Shown here: in pieces, positions 14,721-28,069 of the stretch
How the letters are laid out: each line of letters begins with the position of its first letter
How positions within the stretch are numbered: position 1 is the first letter of the stretch
Origin: Takakia lepidozioides
Lineage: Eukaryota > Plantae > Bryophyta
DNA length: 64,000 bases
Assembly (NCBI GenBank): GCA_030704615.1
Contig: CM060734.1
Location: 33,294,001-33,358,000 of the forward strand
Direction of reading: 5' to 3'
Translations under genes and position numbers: made by a program
Notes under the pieces: model-generated
Seen by the model: the letters and a program-made list of their open reading frames with translations, nothing else
Told to the model about the DNA's origin: nothing
Database searches by the model: none

Positions 14721-16849
14721 AGTGCAGCTGTAGATACACTAAAGTCAGGCAAAGAGCAAGATCGACCAGCCCCACAGCCTGCGCATGGGAGCTTGAGAAG
14801 CCACTATCCAAGTGCGAGAAGTAGCTCAGAATCTGAGGTACATCGAAGATGCAGTGAAGGAAGACATGAAAATTGTGATCAAGAAACAGGAAGCAGGCAA
14901 CAATGGGCAGATTGTGTGGAGTGAGCGGCAATGGAGGCATCCACCCTAACACTGGCACATATCCCACGCAGGTCTGCCATTGCGTCAGAGCGCAGGATGC
15001 GAGAGGGGCCCGGCTTTCCAAGGAGAAGGGTTTATGTTCTTCGTTTCGCCATATTTCTCAGCCAATATGGCAAAACACGAAATCTCGGTATCCGCTGTTA
15101 TGAGGTTCTGCTGCTCATGAATAGCCATCCGAATGCACTGGTTTAGCCAAACAAATAGCACCCAACTCACTTGGCCGGGTCCCACAAGGAACACGCTCCC
15201 TGAGACTTCTTGTGTGGTATTTTCAGATGATGACTAGTATGGATGAGAGCGTGTTTATCCAATCACCTTAGCCCAATGATCCTATTATTTATTATTTATT
15301 ATTTTACTTTAGGGACAGAGCCTGCGGCTTTATTTGGGATTATTTGTCGGAATTGTTTTTTAAAGACAGGCCGGAGGCCCTGGAAATGCATTGAAAGGGC
15401 ATGGAAGAAATAACCATGCCGGGCGTGAAGGATTACAGCAGGGATACTACCCCCTCACCAAGAGAACAAGAAGAAACCAAAGAAAGAACAAAGCCGGAAA
15501 GGGAAAGAAAATGAAGGTTGGAATTAGTTTCAATACATGTTATTAATCTATATGATTTTATCATGATAGTATACCATATAGTATATATGAATTTTTCTTT
15601 CTTTTTTGAAACCATTGTTATCTTGGTTCCCATGAAAAACATGGGGGATTAATTGAATTGGTAATCAGGTTGTGATCTTCTTGCACAAAAAGGACAAATT
15701 AGAAGCGTTGACCAATAGTTCTAAAATATTACTATTGCTCATCTTGTCTTTATTTTATCTCAGCCTACATTCAAGAAATAAAGATAAAGATAAAGATTCT
15801 TTAACGGCCAGTGAATTTAATTCGAAGAAAAAGTGCCTAATTTAGGAAATCGTCTTCAAAGAGTGCCTATTTTTCAAAAATTTCTCCAAAAGTGTCTAAT
15901 GGTATAAAACTTGAATTTAAAATAGAAAAAATCTAAAATGAAAAAAAATCTAAAAATGATACCCAGTTTTTTTCTACTTCATACTATTTGATGTTTTGCC
16001 TCGTATCCGGCCTCAGGCTCTCCTTCGGATTCTGGACTATCATTGAGAATAGGGAAATTCTTCGTCTTCAATATACAGATTTGTCAAACATCTACTCATG
16101 CTATCAACTACACTGAGATCGAGATAGATTATATCTGGAATATCTTCCATAACAAGATCCATTTGCAAGATATCATCAGAGGTGGCGAACAAGTCACTTG
16201 CAAAGTTAGCTCACATAGTCTCTCCTTGAAACATATGTTCAAATGCACATAGAATGTACATTGTTCTTAACCGGACACAATCATCTATGTATGACATCCA
16301 ACATGACACCAAGCCTTCCACAACCAAAGAGCTACCCACTCACGCATCTTGGATACATGTGTGATCATCTTCACCTCCGCAGCTGGACACCTGCCTCAGC
16401 TAATTGTCTCTGAATTTCCAAAGCAGACCACTTTATTGAATTGCTCTGCAAATGAACATTTCAAATGTCGTTGTAATATCACATCAGCATGTTGTAGTTT
16501 AGACGTGCAATTAGTATGGATAAATAACACATATATATTTGGGTGGCTTTCTCGCATGTATGAACTTTGTTGACCTATGCACGCTCGAATAATCCATCAA
16601 CCAATATCATTTTCTGAGAAGTAGGCAATCCCAGGAGTGTCTTTTCTTTGACCAAATAAGATACAAGAGTTGTCTCCACAAATTCTTTTTATATGTGGAT
16701 AAGTCTATTACGGATGGCTTGAAGAATTTGCTCCTTGGTATGAGAGCTGTTGGGAGGTTGTTGGTTAGTGTTTAAATATAGTGTTAGTACAGTCTGTCAA
16801 TATTGGATATTTAAAGACAAAAACAACTGAGGACTTTGGTAATCTGTTA

Positions 16850-17300
16850 CATGCAACAGCTTTAAAGATCAGTCTGAAGTGGATTAAGAGATATATGCAC
16901 CACGAGCTTGAGTGGAGCTATTGACGTTCAAGCACTGCACATGGAAAAAGTTTGTTTGATTGGGAGAAGCAGGGTACGACAATGACATATTGTGTAACAT
17001 ATCTTGTTGTCATGTATGCTATTCCAGCAAGTCTTGTTGTTGAAACATAGATCAAACTGATATCTATTTAGTTCCGATGGCTGGAGAACGAACATGGGAA
17101 AAACATTATAGGAAGGATGTGGTTGGGGTAAAGGATATCAAAAGAGTTGTTACAATTTGTGTTTCATCTTCTGCTGCTGGCAATTTATTGCCTTTTCATG
17201 TGGTCTTACAGGCAAGACAAAAAGGTCTTTGTCTCATGGCATTGAGGCTCGGCGCATTGAGACTTGTGGATTTCGCTGGATAATGTATCCAAATCACTAG
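16850..17300 (+). pseudogene. Degenerate pogo/Tigger-like (DDE_1) transposase fragment
   Basis: Translation across stops and frameshifts gives YAIPASLVVET*DQTDIYLVPMAGERTWEK...KRVVTICVSSSAAGNLLPFHVV. This resembles the first-D region (N-x-D-Q/E-T) and the R-x-T...G-x-x-L-P region of DDE_1 transposases. Confidence 0.65.
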
Positions 17301-18889
17301 TCTAATGTGGTCTGTGCTAATTATCAGTCTTCCAAAAGTGATGGTGCTTTAATAACCATTGGGACTACATGAGCTTTCAGAATCTTCCGTACCTATCATG
17401 AAGATAAGAGATCACCAAGCAAAATCAAATAATTTTTAAGGCATTTGGAGGTCTTTGAAACTGGGACACACTAACGGTGAAAGCAAGCTACGGTGGCTAA
17501 GAAAAATCCATTGTGTGGCTTATACAAGAAGTCCCAAGGTTTTTCAGAATTTTTATTTGATGATCATGAAAAAATATAGACACTAGATTCATCCATCCTG
17601 AAAGATATGAACCATCCAAAGTTGACAGTAATAGACATTATGGCATTATTTCTATTTTTCTAGTATAAGTTATTATTCATTTTTTATTTTATTTTTATAT
17701 CTTCGTTATATCGCATAATGGGACTCGGGCTACTCTTCATCTACATGAAATGTACCTTTTAGTGAAGCAAGTTCATTGTTTTACTTTCTTTCTATGCATT
17801 CATGTACTTTGGCAAAAATCAGTTTTTCGATGCTCACAATAATATAGAGAAGTAAGATATTTATTTTTTTGATATTTTCTACATGACTTTAGTATCTTAA
17901 AGAGTAGAGCAATACTAATAAGTCTTTTTTATCATATTTATTTTCTATAATGAGTACAAAAATCCATAACAAGTCTTTTTATGGACTGTGACACAGCGTA
18001 TGCAGTTTTCTAAAGTCTCATTTCTTGGTGAGAATTTAAAGATTAGAACTTGTAGTAATTGAAAACATAATAGTGAGTCTCATTTTCATCATTGTAATAA
18101 AATTTTGTCTCTAAGGTACAATTGAATCAAACTACGTCATGTAAAACACTGCTGTGACACAAAAATGTAGTCACCGTAATCTGCTTTCACCCCTAAATAG
18201 TCTATCATAAGGGCCTAGAAATCCACCAGGTGCTCTATATGATTTTCTCATGTCATTAACCACATCAGTGATGTTACGATGACAGTTCATAGCAGCTTCA
18301 ACTAGTGGCAATAGATCAGCAGCAAATCACTTGGTGTAATATTGCGGAGAATTGTGCCTCTGGCTAGAATTTCCTCGAACCTCCAACTCTTGGGTCTCAT
18401 ATACCTCATATTGACTCATGGGTCTGCTGCACCTTATCAACAACCGAGGATACAAGCTGAAGTAGACTTGAATGTACCTTGCAAGGTCGGCCTACCTTCT
18501 GCTTACGACGTATAGTGCTCTAAGATGTAGTACTACTTCTACCTTTTCAAGAGCATCCAAGTGCTCCTCTCTAGTCACTCTAAAAAACCTGGATAAAAGC
18601 ATTGATTGCTTCATTCATATGTCAATCACACCAGATGTTACCTACCAAATGTATAAAATTTGTCTACATTTCATGTTTATCTTGTATTCTTATTATGCAC
18701 GGGCTTTGACTGGCAGAGATTCTAAATCTTGTCTCATTAAGCAAATAAACCAATCAATTTTATCCTAAACTTTATCTAATGAGCGGAGTGCAGACTTGCA
18801 GAGGCAGCCTGCAGATACAGCAATGGCGCGCGGACGACAGGGCGGACAAACAGTAGCAAAGCATAAGAAAAGGAAGGATTGGATTCTCC

Positions 18890-19830
18890 TCCCAAATCAT
18901 CACTTCTGCTCTGGTTTTTGAGGTGGTTTTTTTTTTTTTAATAATTGTTTTTTAATAAAATTTTAATGCATTTGGATAGCTGTGGTGATGATCGTCGACG
19001 ATCATCACTTCTGCTCTGATTTTTATTTTTTATTTTTATTTTTTTCATATGGCATTTGGGTAGATGTAGGGATGATCATCGACGATCATCGCTTCTGTTC
19101 TGATTTTTGAGTTTTTTAATTTTGTTTTTAGCATTTGGCATTTGGATAGATATGTCAACGATCATCACTTCTTCTGATTTTTTATTTTTATTTTTTATTT
19201 TGTTTTTTTGTTTTTGCATTTGGCATTTGGGTAGATGTGGTGATGATCGTCGACGATCACTTCTGCTCTAATTTTTTAGTTTTTAGTTTTTAGTTTTTTC
19301 GCCATTTGGCATTTGAGTAGATGTCGTGATCACTTCTATTATGGAATCTGAGTTTTTTTGTTTTTTTTTTTTTTTTTGGCATTTGGTATTTGGGTAGATG
19401 TCGTGATGAACGTTGACGATCATCACTTTTGCTCTGATTTTTGAGTTTTTTCTTTTTTCTTTTTGCATTTGGCATTTAGGTAAATGTGGTGATTGTCGTC
19501 GATGATCACTTCTGCTCTATTTTTTTTTATTTTTTTGCGCGCATTTGGCATTTGGGTGGATTTCGTGATCACTTCTGTTCTCGTTTCTGAATTTTTTATT
19601 TTTTATTTTTTATTTTTTTGGCATTTGGTATTTGGGTAGATGTTATGATGAACGTCGACGATCATCACTTCTGCTCTGATTTCTTAGGGTTTTTTTTTGT
19701 TTTTGGTATTTGGGTAGATTTGTGATAATTGGTGACGATCGTCACGTCTGCTATGATTTCCGATTGTGTTTTTTTAGTGCATTTGGTTGATGTCATGATC
19801 ATCAACGATCACAACTTCTGCGTTGATTTC
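18890..19830. repeat. Tandem array of ~12 units (~80 bp), each with a palindrome and a T-tract
   Basis: Unit is GCATTTGGCATTTGGGTAGATGT + GTGATGATCGTCGACGATCATCAC (perfect palindrome at 18985-19008) + TTCTGCTCTGA + a T-rich tract. Confidence 0.9.
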
Positions 19831-20089
19831 TTATAGTGAAGAGAGGTGACAGAAATGAGGAGGCAGACTGACAATGATAACTTGGGTCTATTAAATGATT
19901 CTTCCCACCTTACGAGATTGGATTTGCCGAGAGATATCAAGTTTGCTAGCTTGTCATAATGGAGTTTCGGAGGAGCGGTTGATTCTGCTCACGAATCTTG
20001 CATTGCAGTTCATATGTTCCGCTAGTTCTTGTGTATTATTTGTCTCAATGGTTCAATTTCGTCCAAATCATGAATTCTCTGTAAAATGG

Positions 20090-20730
20090 TTTGTGAACTT
20101 TAAAACCCTCTACACTAGTAACAGTTTCTATGTGTAATAGATATGTAGCCTCTCTCTCTCTAGCATACTCCAAAAAGAGAAGCATCTCTATGTGTAGTAG
20201 CTGAAAACCTTGATCATGAATATATTTTTTGTGTTCAATAAATCTATACTTTACCTCTTTTTTACTCATTGGTAGCTTATTACATCCATACACCCAAATG
20301 TATACCATGGAAACTATGATCATGGATTGAACCTGTGAAATAGTTTGTATTCACAAATACTCTACATTATGGCAATTTCCATGTTCAACTAATCTATAAT
20401 GCTCTTTTTAGCATATTCCATAGAGAAGCCTCTCCCACACACTCAAATATGTACTATATATAATATTGAAGTCTTGATCATGAATCCCCTATAAAATATT
20501 TTGTGGACACAAACCTTGTATACTAGTGTCAATTTATATGTGTAATAGGTATATGTCTCCGTCTCTATCATACTCCAAAGAGACGCTTTTCTATGGAGAA
20601 GCCATTCTATGTGTATTAGCTGGAAACCTTGTTCATGAATTATCCGTCTCTAGTATACTCCAAAGATAAACCTGTCTATGGAGAAGTCTCTCTATGTGTA
20701 GTGGCTAGAAACCTTGATCATGAATTCCCT
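20090..20730. repeat. Degenerate direct repeats
   Basis: Blocks TCTCTAGCATACTCCAAA...TCTATGTGTAGTAGCTGAAAACCTTGATCATGAAT recur near 20155-20220, 20560-20640 and 20645-20725. Confidence 0.6.
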
Positions 20731-21559
20731 GTATAATATAATGGAGGCATGTTATGTTCAATTGGGAGCCATGGAAGAAAGCACACCAAGCATAAGTGTA
20801 CTTTCCATATTGATGGAGGCAGTTTTCATGTCATGAGATACTAATTGAAAACTAATATTGCTTCCATTATCAAACCACGATCATGGATTCTATCCACTCA
20901 TGGTTTCCCTTCTGATTATGATCCATTGTGTGAAAGAGCAAAAAAATTGCAAGTGGGTCAAAGAATCAAATCTTACTTGCTTAATTCTTGATTGTTTGAA
21001 TGCTTGAGTGCTTCAGTGTGTGGAAGATAGCTACAATCTACACCCATCAATCAACCTAAAACTTAATAATGCATGAATAATCACATTAAACTCACTTAAA
21101 TGCACGCCTCAAGCATACAACTCACCTCCAAGCAAACTCCACGCTCAAGTAAGCAAGTGAGCCGCCGCCCTAAACCTCCTAAATCCTAAACCCTAAACCC
21201 TTAGATCTTCACCCTAAAGTTTGGACCATTGACCACCCTAAAGATCTAAAGTGACCATGGACCATAGTTGTGAGAGCATGGCTAGGCACATGGGACATGA
21301 CAAAGCATAAGGCATGGTGCATTGAGGGTCATGGAGCATGGAGCAAGGTGGGCATGGCTATTGAGGGTCATGGCAGCTCATGGCTATTAAGAAGTAAACA
21401 TGGCGAAGGAAAGGGCATGTGGGCCTGACAGTGGGGGCTTGTTCACTGTATTAATGGTAGAATGGCTTTATTATAGTCATTAATGACTCATATCTTGTAG
21501 GGACAAGCCTCTTTTGAGGCTGATCATAGATTACAAATATCCCAAGGTTTTTTTGCCCA

Positions 21560-22230
21560 AATCCAAACAACTAGGAAATCCCATACTTATGGTTTTCACT
21601 GTGCTAGTTGCATAAATGCATTTTTATGCTAAGTCGTAGAAGAGAACAATGGCTAAAGAAGAAATTGTCTATAGAGACAATGTGTCATTGACCTTCAAAG
21701 TCAGAAAGGAGTCGTATCACTACCGAATAGCCTATGCCATGACACAAATCCACCCTCTCATATTTTTCTAGGTACACTTCCATATTCTGAATGTATCTAC
21801 TTTTAGCCTTTGCAAGGCATCATATTTCAATTCCCCACTTGACAGGTTTTTTGGTCATATTGTTACAAATTACAGTATTTCCACTTATACTTTACCATCA
21901 TCTCGTCGATGCACAAATTCTGTTTAAGTTGATTGTAGCTCAGTATATAAGATATTTTGTGCGTTTACCAACCATCTTGTTTTCACCAATTTATCATATA
22001 CGAAATTTCCACTGTCTACAATTACAGTGGTATTGTCAACAAAGTGGACGCATCGCAAGATTGCCTCCCACCTGTTTCTGGTCATAATTTGTTAATTGTA
22101 TCACACGTGAAGAAATCATGGTTAGCCTTCCAAAACAATCTAGTGTTAGGCAACTTTTTTATCCCCATGAGGATATGGACAACCTAGGGGAAGTCACTTG
22201 GCATGAATTCCAAACCATGTGCGATAAAAC
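21560..22230 (-). pseudogene. piggyBac-like (PGBD) transposase remnant
   Basis: Minus-strand translation across lesions gives QIMTRNRWEAILRCVHFVDN...YDKLVKTRWLV...LCIDEMMVKYK...KKPVKWGI...HIVSIDNFF. These match the piggyBac motifs MSRNRF..I...LHF.DN, DKL, IDE, KP.K.G and DNFF, in the right order. Confidence 0.85.
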
Positions 22231-23739
22231 ATAGGGTCCAACAAACTCTTGAAAAATCAATTTCTTAAAAGATTTAATTTTAACAAAGGGTTGTGGTATC
22301 ATGAAAATTACATTTATTAAAAATAAATAAATAGGGGTACTTCTTTGCCTTTGTGTTACAATTGTTTTTTAAAGAATATAAGAAAAAAAAAATTGTGGAG
22401 CTAGGATTCCCTACACCATTATGATTATTGTCACTTATTAGCCAAAGAAAAACTTGTATGTGTTAGATAGCAATGATGCATACTCATTGAATGAGTTTGT
22501 TAGTGAACGATAGTAGGCCATATTTGCCTGAATAAAGTTAATGTATTTTGTTGTTTGTTGTGCATGCTACTATTTTTTTTTCCTTTCAAATTGAACTTTA
22601 TATAATACTTTAAAGTAAATTTGGGTGTTAATAAGAACAATCTAGTCTTTTTTATAATTCAAAAACAACAAGCAATGCGTGCAAAACTACGTGAGAGAGA
22701 GATGAAACCATGGGAAGAGAATGAAACAGACGAAGTTGCCCCCACCAAACCCCTGCCACTACAAAACAGAAATTTGCTTTGTTCCTTCAAATCTGCCCAA
22801 TCTGCTTTTGTATGCCCAATTGCTTTTGTATGCATGATGTACACACGGACACCCTATGCATGCATGCACCAAAAATAACAAAATCTTGGTAACATGTTTA
22901 AATTTTACACATGTTTAAGCAACCAAATCGGCCCATTTAGGGCCTTGAGGGCATTTAGGGGTTAAAAGTTCATTGATCCAAAAGCGTTTCACCAATTATG
23001 CTACAAGCTTTATTCATATACATATATTTCAAAGTTAAAAATGTGGACTCTCAGTGCCATATCAAGCCTAACTTATGGTGTCACTTCACTCTAAAAGACT
23101 GCAACCTTCCAGTAGCTTCATTTGCATATGACACTGAAGTGAGCCCTTAGCCACATTTGTTGGCTCCTCCTTTAAGGGAGAGACAATGCAGAGGTATTTT
23201 TCTCCTGATATACCTTCCCTAGGTGGCACTAGTTTTAAATAGTAACATGAGTTGAAGGCATGCTATTGTAATCGAGTGGTACAAAGTTCAAATATGCAAA
23301 GGAGCAATTTGCGATTTTTTTCAATAGTGTGGAGCAGTGGATGAAAAAGTTCGACTATTATGAATAAGGTGTCCACTAGAGAGAACTGAAAAGGTGACCT
23401 GAGAGAGGGATGGAACTGAAAAAATGTGGCATAAATAGCTGATGTTAGATGAAATGTGCAGTTTTCTATTAAAAAAATGATGAAAGGACACGTGTTAGAA
23501 GGTTTGGAATTATTCTAGCGACGACCGAAGGTCAGAAGCTAGTTTAGCGTAGAGCAGGAATAGGGTGCCATAGTGCCTCGTCATCATCGCCACATCATCG
23601 TCACCACGTCATCGTTGCCACGTTTCGTCGTCGTCAATTTTCATCGGACCTGCCCGAACTGCCCGAAAATGTCAGTGCAGCGCGAGGAAGGGATGACTAT
23701 ACCAGGCATCCTTGCACGGAGGGGTTTCACGCAATGTGG

Positions 23740-24660
23740 TGAGGGCACCTTCTTCTTCGACCTATTTCAGCCTGTTTTGCCTCTCATCAGACTCGGCCCT
23801 GAGATGCCTGTTATCAGAGTCGTCCCTATTCATGTTGAATTCTATAAGTTAGCTTGTTGGTTGATCTATGGTGCTTTTGGAGTGATTTTGACATGTTACT
23901 GCCAATATGGCAACAGGAAAGAATCAAAAAACAGATAACAGAGACGAGGAGAAGCACTGGAATGAATACCTATGATTCCCTGTGGAAGGATAGCTACATG
24001 GTGGTTTTGGAGTGATTTTGACATGTTACTGCCAATGTGGCAACAGGAAAGAATCGAAAAACAGATAACAGAGACGATTGGAATGAATACCTATGATTCC
24101 CTATGGAATGATAGCTACAAGAAACCTACATGGGTAGATGGTCAATTGGAAGCCGCAGCAGCAGCGACACAATTGATAAAATCAGGCACTGCTAATCAAG
24201 GCATTCTTCAACACATTTCACCATGTTTTTCCCTCTTATCATAATCGGCCCTAAATTTCCATTCAATTGAGCATAGGAACTAGTGTGATAAGTTGAGTTG
24301 GGTGTTTCCTCGAAAAAATCTAGGCTGTCATTGTCAGCTGCTAGCAGCAAGGCAAGGATGTATGCATGATTTGTGCATGGATAGCTGAAGAAGCAAGGGA
24401 TAGAGTGTGGCTCCAGATTCAGGCACTGCTAATGAAGGCACCTTCTTCAACACATTTCACCTTGTGTTTCCCTCTTAACAGAATCGGCCCTAAATTTCCA
24501 TGTTGAATTCTCCAAGTTAGTTGGTTGAGTGAATCTAGTTTGGAGTGACCTTGACATGATACTGCCAATGTGACAACATGAAAGTATCCAAAAACAGGTA
24601 ACAGAGACGAGGAGAAGCTGTGGAATTAATATTTTTCTGACCCCAGTCAATGGTGGTACA
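23740..24660. repeat. Shuffled modules that recur inside the downstream CACTA element
   Basis: TTCAACACATTTCACC..CCCTCTTA.CA.AATCGGCCCTAAATTTCCAT occurs near 24206, 24446, 27016 and 28800. GGAGTGATTTTGACATGTTACTGCCAAT occurs near 23879, 24009, 24542 and 28903. TAGGCTGTCATTGTCAGCT occurs near 24321, 28498 and 29117. Confidence 0.8.
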
Positions 24661-24827
24661 GACGAATGCCTGTCAGATTACTAGATGTCATTCTGACACT
24701 GCCCTAGTGGACATGTATGCCTTAAGCAGTAGCACCCGGGTGATATCCTTGTCCGAAGCTAGTTCACTTACTACACCCTTCTTAGAACTTGAAATCATGT
24801 TGAGAACTAAGATTTCTCTTGAGACGG

Positions 24828-24887
24828 GTGGACATTGCAGTACCAGAGGTTTTTGTTGCAGGCTTGCTAGGGTCAATGCTCATCTAT
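24828..24887 (+). pseudogene. Short fragment resembling a type II (AVP2-like) H+-pyrophosphatase transmembrane segment
   Basis: Translates VDIAVPEVFVAGLLGSMLIY, close to the VDIAIPEVFVGGLLG.MLI segment I recall from plant type II H+-PPases. It is fused in frame to the PPR fragment. Only 20 aa. Confidence 0.5.
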
Positions 24888-25190
24888 TTTATTCAAAAAG
24901 GTGTGACACCCAACAAGGTCACATTTGTTTGCCTTCTCACCGCATGTACCAACTTGGCGGCCCTGGAAAAGGGCGAGGAGGTTCATGCTGTCATTATCAA
25001 AGCTGGAATTGCATGAGATATCATTCTGGAGACAACCCTCATTGACATGTATGCCAAATGCAGTGGACTTAAGGATGCCCGTGAAGTGTTCGACAACATG
25101 GTTGAACGGGATGTGGTCTCATGGAGTGCTATTATTGCAGGATATACTCAGCATGGGTGTGGCGGAGAGGCTCTACAACTGTTTGAAGAA
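24888..25190 (+). pseudogene. PLS-class PPR gene fragment truncated by a LINE
   Basis: GVTPNKVTFVCLLTACTNLAALEKGEEVH...*...IDMYAKCSGLKDAREVFDNMVERDVVSWSAIIAGYTQHGCGGEALQLFEE gives L/S/P motifs with an internal stop. It switches abruptly to LINE sequence at ~25191. Confidence 0.9.
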
Positions 25191-26189
25191 ATCCCCAGTT
25201 CCAGTCTCCCCCCCACCTCTCATGTCCCTGCAGACATCCTCTGGGAAGACACAATTCCATCAGCAGAAGCTGAGCAACCAGTCCGGAAGGAAAAGTTAAA
25301 GGCTCAAGCGCAAAAGCTGGAACAAAGAGGTGATCTCATGTATTTCCCAGGCAAGATGCACCCAAGAGCCTCGATTCGCAGATGGGTTACGGAACACCTC
25401 GGGGCGGAAGGCGGCCTGGCACAACACTACAAGATATGAGCGTTTTTAGGACTACGGATTTGGCGGAGTCATAAAAACGGCACTAGGTATACGACTACAG
25501 AGCGCTAAAATGCGTTGCAGTCATAGTTTTATCACTTTATAGTAATGGATATCACTACATGACTCCGGAAAATTAGGGAGCATTGGTCAAACATTGTTGA
25601 CCATGATGACAAGGATGGTTTTATGACTAGTGTGATATGTTTGACTACACGTGGACAACGTTTCATGGAATCTTGTGACTCCATGACTGAAGATGGTTTT
25701 ACAACTCTATTTATACGACTACATCCCTACACGTGTCATTTTGAAAGCACATACATGAATGTATTCATCCATTGGATGAGTTTATCCATCGATGACATGG
25801 CATGTAAACTTATGAGTCCCTTACTGCAAATTGTTTTATTACTCTATATATATTACTACATCACTACACATGTCATTTAAAAGGCATATACATTAATGAA
25901 TTCATTCAATGGATGGGTTCATCCATCCGCCTATACGGTGTGTCGATTTGATATTTGTTCAATAAATTGGACCTGGATGGACGTGGCTTAACAAGGATCG
26001 CAAGATATATGAGATTAAAATACGTGGTTGTACAAGGTTAGATCATGTGATGGAAATTATTTTGAATCGTTAGATTTTACAGGATCTAACGGTCTAGATT
26101 GTTTAAGATCTAACAGTTTAAGATTACACCACCGAACTTTACACCGGGCTGGGACTTAGGCTTTTTTGTCTCCTGCGTTTCACCATCTA

Positions 26190-26290
26190 TTTGATGTTGT
26201 GTCATGGAACGCGATGATCGCAAGATATGCAGGGGCGTGGGATGGAGGCTTTGCAGACCTTCCTACTCTTGAGCAAATGATGCAGGAAGG
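26190..26290 (+). pseudogene. PPR fragment inside the CACTA element
   Basis: DVVSWNAMIARYA...EQMMQEG, a PPR P-motif remnant. Confidence 0.65.
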
Positions 26291-27102
26291 AGAAGAGGAG
26301 GAGGAGAGGAGACGAGGAGAAGATCCCAACATTCTTGTGAGCTCGCCGTTTTTGGGAGAGAGACGAGACGAGGAGACGCTCGCCGTTCTTGGGAGAGTAA
26401 GCTTGGTCTTAGCAGGCCGTGTTTCAATCTCTGCCTGCTCAGCTGCACCGTGGTGGTTCGATCTCACATACCAATCCCACATTACCTGACTACAGATACA
26501 AGCAGCACACACAAGGGGTCCTTTTGGGCTGATGGTCGGTCGTATCCTCTATGGGTCATGACACAAGGTAAAGGACAATGTGGTGAGGATACCTTCTTCT
26601 TTGACCTATTTCAGCCTGTTTTGTCCTGAAAGTATCCAAAAACAGGTAATAGAGATGAGGAGAAGCTTTGGAATGAACACTTTTCCGACCCCAGTCAATG
26701 GCGGGACAATGGAGACAAAAAGGTGAATGCATGTTGGACTACACTAGAGAGAAGTAGATGCAATTTAGAATTAGAATTACTGTAATAATTAGGGTTGGGG
26801 TTTGCTGGAAGAACTTCACGCCGTCAGTGTCAGCTTCTAGCAGCAAGTATTCATGATTTGTACACAGACAGGGGTAGCTAAAGGACCAGGGATAGAGGTC
26901 CAGGTTCATCCAAGAGGGCCGGATTTCAAACACAAGATTAGTTCTGATTCCCCGTGGATCAATAGCTACAAGAAATCTGCTAATGAGAAAATGGTCTGCT
27001 AATGAAGGCACGTTTTTCAACACATTTCACCCTGTTCTTCCCTCTTATCAGAATCGGCCCTAAATTTCCATGTTGAATTCTGCAAGTTAGTTGGTTGAGT
27101 GA

Positions 27103-27432
27103 GTCATGGAGTGCGATGTTTGCAGGGTATGCACAACAGGGGCGTGGGATGGAGGCTTTGGAGACCTATGAGCAAATTATGAGGGAAGGGATACTGAAGC
27201 CCGACCACATAACGTGTGTATGTGTTTGCAATGCGTGTGCAAGCCTGGCAGCCCTGGAAAAGGGCAGAAGGTCCATGGTTGCATCGTCAAAGCTGCAAAT
27301 GTACCAGATGTCATTTTGAACACTCCCCTGGTGGACAATATGTATGCCAAATGTAGGTGTAGCAAGGATGCAAAGGGAGTGTTCAACAACATGGCTGAAC
27401 AAGATGTGGTGTCTTGGAGTACCATGATGACC
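27103..27432 (+). pseudogene. Frameshifted PLS-PPR fragment inside the CACTA element
   Basis: SWSAMFAGYAQQGRGMEALETYEQIMREGILKPDHITCVCVCNACASLAALEKG / VHGCIVKA...MYAKC..SKDAKGVFNNMAEQDVVSWSTM. Confidence 0.85.
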
Positions 27433-27445
27433 ACCTTCCCCGGTG

Positions 27446-27446
<1 letters not shown>

Positions 27447-27486
<40 letters not shown>
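27447..27486. repeat. (CT)n microsatellite
   Basis: About 19 CT/TC units. Confidence 0.95.
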
Positions 27487-27488
<2 letters not shown>

Positions 27489-28069
27489 CTCTAATGCCCT
27501 CACACAGTCCAGTGGAAATACAGTTAGGCATTAAACCTCCCTAAACTTGTTTTGAATATGTGACATGGGCAAGGACCTTAAGGAGTATCTCAATGGCCTA
27601 CCTGCCCTCGTCACTAGACTGAAATTTAAACTCGGGGTGGGACAACTACAAGTGCATCCACGAGCTACCACACTTAACATACATGTTGACAAGGGTGTTG
27701 TGTAGAAAAGCATTTAATGCCTTCAATCCACTTAATATAATGTGAGCATATGCACCTGATTTTCAGTTTGCAGGCCTTTCAGCTTGATGCTCTTATGCTT
27801 GAGACAGGGGACTTAGGTATCTGAATATGCTGAAATTATGCCTAGCTGGTTGAAGTTTGTAGAGCCTCTTTCAGTTGCAGGATGGGGAAGGCAGGGGACA
27901 AGGAGGCAGGGGAAAAATAGAATATTGTTCAGTATGACTCTTGGAGCCATTCCAGCTTAAAATGTGATGATGTCTCCATTGGGGCATGGACCTCTTGGTT
28001 GTTTACAAGGGACTTGGTAGGGTCAGCATGATCATAGGAGTGTATGAAGGCTGGCAGCCCTGGAATTTT

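Larger units (their letters stand above)
18190..22961 (-). mobile_element. Candidate full extent of a decayed piggyBac-like element
   Basis: Right end ...ATTTAGGGG|TTAA (TTAA at 22962-22965). Candidate left end TTCA|CCCCTAAAT (18190-18198) is the 9-bp inverted match, with a one-mismatch TTAA. The interval encloses the piggyBac transposase remnant. The left boundary is weakly supported. Confidence 0.4.

Noticed and set aside
18890-19830. CRISPR-like appearance (palindromic repeats at regular spacing)
   Set aside because: The intervening sequences are conserved or T-rich low complexity rather than unique spacers. There are no cas genes and the context is eukaryotic.
21168-21245. Interstitial telomere array
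   Set aside because: Only a few imperfect CCCTAAA units; such motifs are scattered through the window.
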